Part shown: piece after piece, positions 1 to 9,437 of the stretch | Layout: the number at the start of each line of letters is the position of its first letter | Numbering within the stretch: the first letter of the stretch is position 1 | Source: an uncultured virus (IMG/VR IMGVR_UViG_2820362221_000001) | Taxonomy: Duplodnaviria > Heunggongvirae > Uroviricota > Caudoviricetes | Length of the DNA stretch: 20,000 nucleotides | IMG/VR virus record: IMGVR_UViG_2820362221_000001 | Span: 51,206-71,205 of that record | Direction: 5' to 3' (one strand) | The notes under the pieces: model-generated | Database searches by the model: none | The model's input: only the letters and a program-made list of their open reading frames with translations | What the model was told of the DNA's origin: nothing | Made by a program: the position numbers and the translations under genes

Positions 1-1
1 C

Positions 2-3000
2 CTCTCCGGAGTCGGCGGCGAGATGAAGGATACCGGCAAAGAGGCGGGGAAACTCGGAGACGAATTCGGCGACACGGGCGAAACCGCCGACGAAGCGGGC
101 GGCAAGTTCGAAAAACTCGGCGATGTAGTCAAAGGTATCGGCATAGCGGTCGGAGCGGCGATGGCGGCAATCGGCGCGGCTACGGTCGCGGCGGGCAAGG
201 CGCTGTACGATATGGCGAACGACGCGGCTGCCGCGGGCGACCGCGTAGATAAAGCGTCGCAGAAACTCGGTCTGTCCGCCGAAGCCTATCAGGAATGGGA
301 TTATGTCCTGTCACAGAACGGCGCGTCTATCGACAGTCTCGGAGCGGGCATGAAAACCCTGCAAAAGACGATGGACGGTCTGACCGAGGACGGAGATAAG
401 GCTTCCGAGTCGTTCAAGAAAATCGGCATAAATTTCGACGATATAAAAGATAAATCGCCGGAGGAAGCCTTCGATATGACCGTTAAGGCGTTACAGAATA
501 TGCCGCCCGGAGCGGAGAAGTCCGCCGCCGCAATGAAACTGCTCGGAAAACAGGGCATGGAACTCATGCCTCTGCTGAACCAAACCGCCGACAGTACCGA
601 CGCTCTGAAACAGAAAGCGAACGACCTCGGCATGGTCATGTCGGGCGACGCCGTGGGCGCGTCGGCGGCTTTCACCGATTCTATGGACACCCTTCAGCGT
701 ACATTTACAGGCATGAAAAACTCAATCGGCGCGGAACTGCTGCCGGGAATGACGATGGTAATCGACGGGTTTGTCGGCATCATATCTGGGAGCGACGGAG
801 CGGCGGCTTCGATTGAGGAGGGGGTAAAATTCATCATCGCCCAGATAGGCGAAATGCTGCCTCGAATGCTTGAGTTGTTCACGTCAATCGTGACGGTAAT
901 CTCAAGCATCGCACCGGAACTCATATCCGCGCTGATTACGGGCATTACGGAAAATATACCCGTGCTTGTCACCGCAGCCGGAGGGCTGATTAACGCTCTG
1001 CTGGACAGTATAGTCGCGGCAATACCCGCTCTGACCGGGGCAGCCGTACAGATAATTGTCATGATAGGCACATCGCTGATTGCGGAAGCTCCGCGTCTGC
1101 TTGAAGCCGCCGCCGCGATTGTCAGCAATCTTGCCAAAGGGCTCGGCAACGCCGTCCCTATCCTGAAACCCATAATGACGGTTATCTCCGGCTTGATGAC
1201 CGCGTTACAGAAACTCACTCCGTTTATTCTGGCGGCAGCGGCGGCATTCGGAACGTTTCAGATAGTGATGACAATCGCCAACGCCATCAAAGCGATGACA
1301 GCAGCAACCTCCGCGCAGTCAATAGCAACGGCGGCTCACACCGTGGTAATGACCGTATGGTCAACGGTCACCGGAGTAGCGACAGGGGTGATGGCGGCGT
1401 TCAACGCGATGATGGCGGCAAATCCCATCGGGCTTGTCGTGGCGGCTATTGCCGCTCTGGTCGTGGGAGTGATTGCGCTCATCGGCTGGCTTAACCGCGA
1501 GACTGAGGAGCAGAAAGCCCTGAAAAAGAGTACCGAGGATTTGGTGGAAGCCAACGAAAAACTCATAGAATCCACCAGTGAGAGCGCCGCGGCTTACGAA
1601 GATAAAATAAAGGGTATGCAGTACGAAGCGGAGGCAGCCGAAAGCCTTGCCGACAGGATAGCTGAACTCGCGGCGGTGGAAGATAAATCCACAGAGCAGA
1701 AAGAGCGTTTAGCGGCTTATGTCGATATGCTCAACGAAGCTATGGGTGAGTCTATCGTCCAGTACGACATGGAAAACGACGCCATGAGCCGTAATGTTGA
1801 CGAAATCTACAATATCCTCACCGCCCGTCAGGAGGAAGCGAAAGCCCAAGCCGCCCGCGAACGCGCGGTCGAGATCGCGAAAGAGCAGATGGCGGTTGAG
1901 GATCAGTTGGTGCAGATAGAAAAACAGCGCGAGGCTCTGGCTGAGGCTCTTGCCGACGGTGTATACAAAAAAGGTGAAAAAGACAAAAAGTATAAAGAAG
2001 TCGTAGATATGCTGAACAAATCCGAATCGGAACTTGTTGAGCGTCAGTCCGAGCTTGCGGACAGTTTCGAGAGTACGACGAAAGTAGTGGCGGAGAGCGC
2101 GGCGAAACAGGCTGAGGCAAACGCCGCCATCATAGAAAGCGCGGAGGAAGTCGTGGACGCTATGACCGAGGCGTACAAAACGCAGGAGGAAATAGCGCAG
2201 AAACGTGCGGAGGTTGAAAAAGAGTTGACCGACGCGATGATTATAGAGGCGAACGCACAGGGACTCACGCTTGACGAGTACAAGAAGAAATTACAGGAAA
2301 TGCAAAAAGACGAAGAGGAAATCATCAAGCAGCGGGAAAAGACCCTCGAAAGCTACACCAAATCCGCCACGGAGATGTTCAAACAAATATCCGAAACTTC
2401 TGATGTGAGCGTGACCGAAATGACTACAAACCTTGAGCATAACCAGAGAGTCATCGGCGAATGGGCTGAAAACATAGCGGTTCTGGCTGAGATGGGCATT
2501 GACGAGGGACTGCTCCAAAAGTTAGAGGACGCGGGACCCGAATCAGCGGGCTTGGTGAAAACGCTGGTGAACTCCTCAGAAGAGGAACTGGAAAAACTGA
2601 GCGACACGTTCGCCAACGGCTCGAAAGTGGCGACCGACGCGTTACTCACGCAGCTTGGTATGCCGAACGTGACCAACTCCGGCTCAGACATGGTTGACAA
2701 AATCGCCGGCGGCGTTGATAACAATAACTCGCTGACGAAATCTACGGAAAAACTCATAACGACAGCGAAGTCAACGGCTGCTGATTCCGTCATTAAAAAC
2801 GATTTCATTTCGGTTGGCGAATCTATCGTGGACGGCGTATGGCAGGGCTTCTCGAATAAGGAAGCCACATTCAGGAGTCAGGTATTGACGTTTTTCAAAA
2901 AAATAGTGGGCGACGTAAAATCAGAATTGGGGATTCAATCGCCATCGACTGTATTCGCCGAAGTAGGTAAAAACATGGCTCTGGGCGTTGGCGTCGGTTT

Positions 3001-3238
3001 CGGCGACCAGATGAATAAAGTTGCCGACGATATGCAGAACGCCATACCGATGGATTTGGATATGCCCGATTTTGATATATTCGGCGGAGTGGCTGACAGC
3101 CGTAAAAATAGCCCCGGCACAAACGCTCCCGTATATATTTATACAACGGTGGAACTTGACAAAAAAGCTGTGGGACACAGCGTAACGCCTGTTGTTTCGC
3201 AGGATTTGGCGTTCGCCGCGAGAGGGGGTAGGTTCTGA
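2..3238 (+). CDS. Phage tail tape measure protein (5' truncated by window edge)
   Basis: Frame is open from position 2 (LSGVGGEM...), so the true start lies upstream of the window. >1070 aa, Ala/Gly-rich and helical, with the typical TMP segment GDRVDKASQKLGLSAEAYQEWDYVLSQNG, hydrophobic stretches (ANPIGLVVAAIAALVVGVIAL), long coiled coils and the C-terminal LGIQSPSTVFAEVGKNMALG motif. Lies upstream of Dit/Tal genes. Confidence 0.93.
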   Translation, partial: LSGVGGEMKDTGKEAGKLGDEFGDTGETADEAGGKFEKLGDVVKGIGIAVGAAMAAIGAATVAAGKALYDMANDAAAAGDRVDKASQKLGLSAEAYQEWDYVLSQNGASIDSLGAGMKTLQKTMDGLTEDGDKASESFKKIGINFDDIKDKSPEEAFDMTVKALQNMPPGAEKSAAAMKLLGKQGMELMPLLNQTADSTDALKQKANDLGMVMSGDAVGASAAFTDSMDTLQRTFTGMKNSIGAELLPGMTMVIDGFVGIISGSDGAAASIEEGVKFIIAQIGEMLPRMLELFTSIVTVISSIAPELISALITGITENIPVLVTAAGGLINALLDSIVAAIPALTGAAVQIIVMIGTSLIAEAPRLLEAAAAIVSNLAKGLGNAVPILKPIMTVISGLMTALQKLTPFILAAAAAFGTFQIVMTIANAIKAMTAATSAQSIATAAHTVVMTVWSTVTGVATGVMAAFNAMMAANPIGLVVAAIAALVVGVIALIGWLNRETEEQKALKKSTEDLVEANEKLIESTSESAAAYEDKIKGMQYEAEAAESLADRIAELAAVEDKSTEQKERLAAYVDMLNEAMGESIVQYDMENDAMSRNVDEIYNILTARQEEAKAQAARERAVEIAKEQMAVEDQLVQIEKQREALAEALADGVYKKGEKDKKYKEVVDMLNKSESELVERQSELADSFESTTKVVAESAAKQAEANAAIIESAEEVVDAMTEAYKTQEEIAQKRAEVEKELTDAMIIEANAQGLTLDEYKKKLQEMQKDEEEIIKQREKTLESYTKSATEMFKQISETSDVSVTEMTTNLEHNQRVIGEWAENIAVLAEMGIDEGLLQKLEDAGPESAGLVKTLVNSSEEELEKLSDTFANGSKVATDALLTQLGMPNVTNSGSDMVDKIAGGVDNNNSLTKSTEKLITTAKSTAADSVIKNDFISVGESIVDGVWQGFSNKEATFRSQVLTFFKKIVGDVKSELGIQSPSTVFAEVGKNMALGVGVGFGDQMNKVADDMQNAIPMDLDMPDFDIFGGVADSRKNSPGTNAPVYIYTTVELDKKAVGHSVTPVVSQDLAFAARGGRF

Positions 3239-3268
3239 AAATTTATTGTGAATTATGTTATGGAAATA

Positions 3269-3297
3269 TTGATATATGATGGGTTTTGTGGTAATAT
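3269..3297 (+). promoter_or_regulatory. Putative sigma-A promoter of the moron cassette
   Basis: TTGATA (3269-3274), 17-nt spacer, TAATAT (3292-3297), with an extended -10 TG at 3289-3290, in AT-rich intergenic DNA. Confidence 0.55.
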
Positions 3298-3381
3298 TAA
3301 GATCAAGTATTTTAATTAGGCGGTATCTAAAGAAATAATGCAATACAAATATTTTGAACACGCCAAGGGAAGTAGGTATGC

Positions 3382-4251
3382 ATGGCACAACCAAAAAACA
3401 AACTCGGAAAAAACATAAGAGATTTACGAAAAGCTCATGGCGAAACGCAAGAAGAACTCGGAAGAGCCATTAATGTTGAACATAACACTATTTCTATGTA
3501 TGAGAGTGGCGAACGGGAGCCAGCACTACAAACATTACAAGCAATAGCATCCCATTATGGTTATCCGTTAGACCAACTTATCAGAGATGATTTTTCAGAA
3601 TTAGATTTTTCAAAAATTGCTCTTACTTGGGAAAACATAGTGGCAATGATTGAAGTAATATGCCCTTTATTAGTTTCAGACAAAGCATTGAAAGACCCTC
3701 ATTTTGCAAAAGGTTACGAATATACACGCAAGATTGTTGATGGTTTCCAAACCCCTGAAAACGTAGTAATGCGAAGTATATTTGAAAGAGCCATAGAAGA
3801 ATATTCTGAATCATTAGAGAAGTCAGAAACAATGGAATCCGCTGTAAATATTCTATGGTTAATTTATATATTATACACATTACTTCCTGATGAACATTCT
3901 ATAAAAGTGGGAAAAGCTATATTATACGGCAAAGCCTATGGAAAAGAGTTTGTAAAAAATTATTTTCTTAAGAATAGTGAAAATGTAAATAAAGAAGAGG
4001 AAACAAATAAAAAGCTATATGCCCGCGACATGAGTGAATGCATATTAGCGTGTATAGAAATTTTGAAAAGTTCTCCGGAATACAATCATATTGCAGATTA
4101 TTATTTAGCGCTTAGATATATTATCGGCGTGGTAGATACAGATTATGGGCAGGAAATAAATACAATAATCGGAATGGAAATTATGTTGTCTTATTTGTCG
4201 CTGGGTAATCCATATGCTTTTGCCTATATAGAAAAAGCACTATTTTTATAA
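3382..4251 (+). CDS. XRE-family HTH transcriptional regulator with long helical C-terminal domain
   Basis: N-terminal LGKNIRDLRKAHGETQEELGRAINVEHNTISMYESGEREP is a classic HTH_3/XRE. The remaining ~220 aa are helical and of unknown function. AT-rich relative to the flanking tail genes. Confidence 0.85.
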   Translation: MAQPKNKLGKNIRDLRKAHGETQEELGRAINVEHNTISMYESGEREPALQTLQAIASHYGYPLDQLIRDDFSELDFSKIALTWENIVAMIEVICPLLVSDKALKDPHFAKGYEYTRKIVDGFQTPENVVMRSIFERAIEEYSESLEKSETMESAVNILWLIYILYTLLPDEHSIKVGKAILYGKAYGKEFVKNYFLKNSENVNKEEETNKKLYARDMSECILACIEILKSSPEYNHIADYYLALRYIIGVVDTDYGQEINTIIGMEIMLSYLSLGNPYAFAYIEKALFL

Positions 4252-4263
4252 AAAAACTGTAAT

Positions 4264-4306
4264 TTCACACTTTGTGAACTTCAATCTAAGAATTTTACTC
4301 TATAAT
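4264..4306 (+). promoter_or_regulatory. Palindromic operator candidate TTCACA-N3-TGTGAA upstream of a TATAAT -10 box
   Basis: Perfect 6-bp inverted arms at 4264-4278, perfect TATAAT at 4301-4306, and only a poor -35. Confidence 0.45.
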
Positions 4307-4351
4307 GGTGCTATATAATAAAAGCCATATATAAACAGGAGGTTGAAGAAC

Positions 4352-4750
4352 ATGAGTGAAGAAAACAAGAGACTCTATGATAGAGTTAAAGAAAAAGTCA
4401 AGGAACATAAAACCGAAATAATAATCGCAGGCATTACTGTTGCCACAATAGTGGGAGTTGTATTGCTTACAGAAAACTGGGATGTAATAAAAAAGCAGGT
4501 CTTAATAAGCGATGTAAAAAATAGCATTATAAAAAATAAAAGCATTCCCTCTTTAACTCCTACACCTATCAATATTAACATCACAAACAATGTGCCTGTT
4601 GAGAAACCTGTTGATGTAAGTAAGCATCTTCGAAATCTTCCAATGGGGTGGAACGCATCACTTGAGAAAATTAAATCCGCTTTAGAGCATGGATTTACAT
4701 TGACAGAGAATCAAACATGGGTCGATAATTATACGAAAATGTGTGCATGA
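4352..4750 (+). CDS. Hypothetical single-pass membrane protein (moron)
   Basis: AGGAGG (4337-4342) supports ATG 4352 rather than TTG 4343. Hydrophobic helix IIIAGITVATIVGVVLL, a Pro/Asn linker and a compact C-terminal domain (VSKHLRNLP...QTWVDNYTK). Confidence 0.75.
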   Translation: MSEENKRLYDRVKEKVKEHKTEIIIAGITVATIVGVVLLTENWDVIKKQVLISDVKNSIIKNKSIPSLTPTPININITNNVPVEKPVDVSKHLRNLPMGWNASLEKIKSALEHGFTLTENQTWVDNYTKMCA

Positions 4751-4765
4751 ATTGGAGGGAGAAAT

Positions 4766-4951
4766 ATGGGAAAAAACAAATTACCGGCTGTAGATTTTTG
4801 TAAAATTTTAGATGATTTTGGAGAAGAAGCTGCAAGAGATACATTGAATGATGTTAATGAAGGAAGGATAAAAGTTGAGACACTCCAAAAGTATTTATAC
4901 GATAAAAATGAAACCAGAGATGAATATGCCGAAAGAATTAAAAAAGAGTAA
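4766..4951 (+). CDS. Small charged hypothetical protein (61 aa, moron)
   Basis: GGAGGG RBS just upstream. Follows the previous ORF in operon-like spacing and precedes the terminator. Confidence 0.7.
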   Translation: MGKNKLPAVDFCKILDDFGEEAARDTLNDVNEGRIKVETLQKYLYDKNETRDEYAERIKKE

Positions 4952-5016
4952 GAAAAAGTAATAATTAATTACACAAAATAAACATTTTAGTTAGTACAAA
5001 AATTTTATATAAAATC

Positions 5017-5043
5017 AAAGCATCGTTTCGACGGTGCTTTTTT
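5017..5043 (+). terminator. Rho-independent terminator closing the moron
   Basis: AAAGCATCGT-TTCG-ACGGTGCTTT hairpin (one G-U pair, UUCG loop) running into a T-tract. Confidence 0.8.
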
Positions 5044-5075
5044 CATGCCTATTTATATATTGAGGTAACAAATCT

Positions 5076-5750
5076 ATGAACGTAACTATCAATTCTGAAC
5101 CGCTTACGCTTTCGGATTATATGGCGACATATCTGAATCATAAATATATCCCCTCCGCGCTTGACATAAAGAATTTCTGGGCTGACAAATCCTTAACGCC
5201 GTTATACTTCGATACTGAACGGAAATACGACGAGTTGGAAATACAAGTCATGTTCAAGGATGCCGCGTTTACCGATATATCGGCGTTCAGCGAAAAGCTG
5301 AAGCGGTGCGAAATCCAAATCGACCACGCTTTTACTGCGGACAGGATATTTGATTGTATATTGAAAAATACGGAACTGGAAAAAGTATCACAAAAAATTT
5401 ATACCGTGACATATACATTCGATTGTTTTGTTTTCGGCAAAACGCATGAAATTACGGTGGGTGATTCAATATTTATTCATAGCTCGAAAGAAACCGAAGC
5501 GGTCATAACGATAGAAAACACAACGGCGTCGGTTATTTCTGTCGCGGGTATTACCGGTTTTACTGTAAAAAATCTCGCCGCCGGTGAGATTATCGTCATT
5601 GACGGCATAAAAAAGATCGTGACCGCTAACGGTGTACACGCTTTTGACCGAGTGGAATTTTTCAGCTTTCCGAGGTTCAAGCCCGGTAATAACGATATAA
5701 GAGTCACAGGAAACGCGGAGATAACGATAATGTACAGGGAACGGTGGTGA
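5076..5750 (+). CDS. Distal tail protein (Dit)-like siphovirus tail component
   Basis: Sits between TMP and Tal. The C-terminal GEIIVIDGIKKIVTANG...FPRFKPGNNDI pattern is typical of Dit. GAGGT RBS. Confidence 0.78.
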   Translation: MNVTINSEPLTLSDYMATYLNHKYIPSALDIKNFWADKSLTPLYFDTERKYDELEIQVMFKDAAFTDISAFSEKLKRCEIQIDHAFTADRIFDCILKNTELEKVSQKIYTVTYTFDCFVFGKTHEITVGDSIFIHSSKETEAVITIENTTASVISVAGITGFTVKNLAAGEIIVIDGIKKIVTANGVHAFDRVEFFSFPRFKPGNNDIRVTGNAEITIMYRERW

Positions 5751-5757
5751 TTGAGAC

Positions 5758-8700
5758 TTGGCGATGATTTATCTTAAAAATATAGGCTATCTGGACGATG
5801 TGCAGAATTTGCACACCGTTGAGGTCTACAACAACGGCGAATATGAATTGAATTTCAACATACCAACCGACCACAAACTTTACCGTAATATCTGCGAAGA
5901 AATGGGACTGGTGTACGACGGACAGGACTATGTCATAAAAAGCATTGATGAACAAAATGACATAGCGGTTATATCCTGCCGCATTGACATTGACGCATTA
6001 CAGGCAAACGCCGTGACAAATTACCGTGAGGAAAACCAACACCTATATACCCTCATGAATTTCGCTCTCACGAGTACAGGCTGGTCGTACATCGGCGCGG
6101 ACAGGGTTTCCATTCGCCGTACCGTCGAACTTGAGGGCGGCAATACCCTCGACCTGCTACGGAAAGCGCAGGAAGTATATAGATGCGTATTCTGGTATGA
6201 TACGGCGAAAAAGGAAATAACGGTATTTCCGTTGGACGGTTTCGAGTACAAAGGCGTATATTTTACCGACGAACTAAACACCGGCAAGCCGCTCCTTCGC
6301 GGCGACAGTTTCGATTTCTGCACACGCCTTATACCCATCGGTGCGGAGGGGCTGAAAATCGACGATATAAACGGCGGTAAAAGCTATGTTGAGAACTTCG
6401 GCTATTCGTCAAAAATCATCACGAAAGTATGGAAAGACGAGCGTTATACTGACGTGCAGTCACTCAAGGACGACGCTATCGAAAAGTTGAAAGTTCTCTC
6501 TAACCCGAACCGCACATATTCGCTGGACGTTATCGACCTCGCTGCGGTTAATTCCGAATACAGCCATCTTTCTTTTAACGTCGGCGACAAAGTTATGCTC
6601 GTTGACCGCAGCCGTAATGTCAAAGTCGAACATCAGGTTGCGCGGCTTATCACATACCCCGACAACCCGCAGAATAACAAAGCGGAATTGTCCGCGACGG
6701 CGAAAGGGTTTGAGAGCGTCTTACAAAATCTGACCGGAATGATAGACGGCACAAAAGTCGTAATAGATATACAAGGCAGACGAATATCGCAACTGACACT
6801 TGATATAGAGGCATTTACGCTTGAGTTGGCAAACTACTATACACGCGGCGAAACCGAGATTTATGTCGGCTCGCAGATAAAAGCCGAAGCATCGCGCATC
6901 GATTTAATCGTCAGCGAACAAACGTCGCGGATTAATGACTTATCGGGTGAAATCGAAACCGTGGGTCATAATATTTCGGAACTTTCCTTGACTGTCGGCG
7001 GTTTCGACACACGCATCACTAATGCTGAAGGTCAGGTCTCCACTCTTTCGCAGACCGTAGGCGGTTTTGATATGAGAATAACAAATCTGTATTCGCTCGT
7101 GGACGGTTTCGACGCGCAGATTACCGAAGCCAAAGAAGCCGCAGTATCGTTATCTACGGAAGCGTTCAACGTCACTCTGCAAAATTATTCGACTACCACG
7201 CAAATCAATACCGCCATTACCAATCAGGCAAACGCTACGCTGACATTGGCGCAGGATAGTTTTTCGGTTTCGTTACAGAGCTATTCGACCACCACGGAAA
7301 TGAACGGCACAATAAATTCTTCGGCTAATACGGTAAAAACTGAGTTAAGGTCGGAAATACAACAAAAAATAGACAGCTTGACCTTATCGGTTTCAAACGG
7401 CTCAACGAGTTCAACGCTGTCTTTGAAGTCGGGTTCGACAACCCTGTCAAGCGCAAATATAACTTTTACCGGGTTTGTGACTTTCACGAGTCTGTCATCT
7501 GCAGGGCAGACGACGATAAACGGCGGGAATTTAACGACGAACAGCGTCACAGCCGATAAGATTTATGTCACTACTTTAGCCTCTATCAGTACGGATATCG
7601 GAAACGTGACAGCCGGAAGTATTCCCGCAGGCTTAATTGCGTCGGGAACACTGGCTGACGCAAGATTATCGACAAACGTAGTATTACTGAATAACGCTCA
7701 AACAGTAACCGGCAATAAAACCTTTTCAGGTACGACGTCAATCGGGGCTCTATCTCTTACGGGTATAACTACAATATCGGGGAATATCTCCGCAGGCTCA
7801 CAGACGGTAACCCCCGAGCAGCTTGGGTATGTGTCCGGCGTTACGTCGAATATTCAGACGCAATTAAACGAAAAACAGGCGTCGTTACCGTCAGGCGGCA
7901 ATTCAGGCAACTGGCTGCGCGGCGATTTGACTTGGCAAACACACCCTGCCGCGACTATAACGCAAATTCAATTAAGCAACAGCGTACAAAACTATATTTA
8001 TACGTCAAACACTATAAACTTTGGTACTTCATCATCAACAAATATTTCAATATCAGGAAACCGTATAACGCCAAACGGGACAAACAGTATCATCGGGACC
8101 GGGTCGGCGAGATTCAATGAATCGTATATAGCGAGTATGTACACATCGGCTGTATACGGAGGAACAGGCGGAGGTACTTCGTATGGAAATTTGACAATAG
8201 CAGCCGGTACGCTGTCATTATACGCAAACAGTATACCCGGCGGAGGTTTTGTGCTGGGTACGGCTTCATCGAGAGTGGCGACAATTTATGTAAACTTTAT
8301 TGAAATGGCAAGCACCCTGTCGGGCGGTACAGGCGTCAGTTTGGGAACATCAACAACGCGAATCGGCAACGGATATTTCACAAATCTTAACGTAACTAAT
8401 TTTACGGTTTCAAGCCTCGGAACGTCATCGGGTTTTATTGCGAACGCCTATGTCACGACGTATAACGGCGGCACTTCCGTAACGGTCGGCACATCAACGA
8501 CAAGAGTGGCTAACGGGTATTTTACAAATTTGAACGTAACTACACTAACCGTTACGACTATTTCCGGCGTGACGAACCTCGGTTCATCTTCGTCGCGTAT
8601 CACAAACGGTTATTTTACGTCGCTTTTCGCAACGAACCTTGGCAGTACCTCTGTTGTCGGAACCGGTCTGTATGTTACGGGCATATTCGGCGGCAATACG

Positions 8701-8871
8701 ACGACCGCTTCAATACGATTAGGCGCGGCGCAACTCGGTTTTTACGGCGTAACTCCGATTTCAAGACAAACCGGGTGGACGAATCTATCAAATACCGCTT
8801 GGAGTACAGCTGAAAGAGACAGAATAAACGCTATTACAACATTTTTACGAACAATAGGATTAACAACATGA
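5758..8871 (+). CDS. Tail-associated protein (Tal / prophage tail endopeptidase-like N-terminus) with coiled-coil and Ser/Thr/Gly-rich beta-repeat spike
   Basis: N-terminal TRLIPIGAEGLKIDDINGGKSYVENF...WKDERYTD...Y.DVIDL is typical of prophage tail proteins. The middle has TVGGFDxRITN repeats. The C-terminus has LGTSxxRxxNGYFT repeats. Confidence 0.85.
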   Translation: MAMIYLKNIGYLDDVQNLHTVEVYNNGEYELNFNIPTDHKLYRNICEEMGLVYDGQDYVIKSIDEQNDIAVISCRIDIDALQANAVTNYREENQHLYTLMNFALTSTGWSYIGADRVSIRRTVELEGGNTLDLLRKAQEVYRCVFWYDTAKKEITVFPLDGFEYKGVYFTDELNTGKPLLRGDSFDFCTRLIPIGAEGLKIDDINGGKSYVENFGYSSKIITKVWKDERYTDVQSLKDDAIEKLKVLSNPNRTYSLDVIDLAAVNSEYSHLSFNVGDKVMLVDRSRNVKVEHQVARLITYPDNPQNNKAELSATAKGFESVLQNLTGMIDGTKVVIDIQGRRISQLTLDIEAFTLELANYYTRGETEIYVGSQIKAEASRIDLIVSEQTSRINDLSGEIETVGHNISELSLTVGGFDTRITNAEGQVSTLSQTVGGFDMRITNLYSLVDGFDAQITEAKEAAVSLSTEAFNVTLQNYSTTTQINTAITNQANATLTLAQDSFSVSLQSYSTTTEMNGTINSSANTVKTELRSEIQQKIDSLTLSVSNGSTSSTLSLKSGSTTLSSANITFTGFVTFTSLSSAGQTTINGGNLTTNSVTADKIYVTTLASISTDIGNVTAGSIPAGLIASGTLADARLSTNVVLLNNAQTVTGNKTFSGTTSIGALSLTGITTISGNISAGSQTVTPEQLGYVSGVTSNIQTQLNEKQASLPSGGNSGNWLRGDLTWQTHPAATITQIQLSNSVQNYIYTSNTINFGTSSSTNISISGNRITPNGTNSIIGTGSARFNESYIASMYTSAVYGGTGGGTSYGNLTIAAGTLSLYANSIPGGGFVLGTASSRVATIYVNFIEMASTLSGGTGVSLGTSTTRIGNGYFTNLNVTNFTVSSLGTSSGFIANAYVTTYNGGTSVTVGTSTTRVANGYFTNLNVTTLTVTTISGVTNLGSSSSRITNGYFTSLFATNLGSTSVVGTGLYVTGIFGGNTTTASIRLGAAQLGFYGVTPISRQTGWTNLSNTAWSTAERDRINAITTFLRTIGLTT

Positions 8872-9070
8872 TATATGATAAAATACTGCGCGTCTGTTAC
8901 GCGGTTATAGTAGTCTCGATGCTCGTGTTATAATTGCGTTGTTTTTGCTGGTCGGTAATCTCGAACAGCAAATAGAGGACTTGTCTCCGACGAGAGAACC
9001 AAAACTGATACCCATTCCTCCCGTGGAGGAAAACGATACAAATTATATATTTATATATGCGGAGGAAAAT

Positions 9071-9433
9071 ATGAAATTATATGAAATAATCAACGCAACC
9101 CCGGCGTTAAATAAACTGGGTAATTCCAACATGAAAATGACGGAAGCGTACAGACTGCAAAAATTATTAGCCGCGTTGCAGGTAGAAATTGACTTCTACA
9201 ACAAACATCACATGGAACTGATAGAAGCGAACGGACAGATAAAAGACGACGGGACATTTACTATTGATAAAGAAAACCAGAGTGATTTTGGGAAATCCAT
9301 GACCGAGCTTGCTCAGACCGACGTAGAGCCGGCGTTTACACAAATGCAAATAGCGATAAGTGAAAACATAGAAATATCGGCGAACGACATCGGGGCTCTG
9401 CTGCCGTTCGTGGAATTTACGGAGGAGGAATAA
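9071..9433 (+). CDS. Phage tail-region hypothetical protein (~120 aa, DUF1617-like)
   Basis: GGAGGA RBS at 9061-9066 supports ATG 9071 rather than TTG 8939. The sequence (ALNKL...AYRLQKLL.ALQ.E...Y...ELIE..G) resembles small proteins that commonly follow tail spikes. Confidence 0.65.
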   Translation: MKLYEIINATPALNKLGNSNMKMTEAYRLQKLLAALQVEIDFYNKHHMELIEANGQIKDDGTFTIDKENQSDFGKSMTELAQTDVEPAFTQMQIAISENIEISANDIGALLPFVEFTEEE

Positions 9434-9437
9434 CCCT

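Noticed and set aside
301..3394. Multiple antisense ORFs within the tape measure gene
   Set aside because: Shadow ORFs of a GC-rich, codon-biased gene, with no RBS or recognisable motifs.
8092..8680. Periodic repeats as a CRISPR array or non-coding repeat
   Set aside because: The repeats are in-frame, degenerate at synonymous positions and lie inside the Tal CDS. No cas genes are present.
8939..9070. TTG start giving a 164-aa protein
   Set aside because: No RBS before 8939, whereas a strong GGAGGA precedes ATG 9071. The extension is treated separately as a possible frameshifted ORF.
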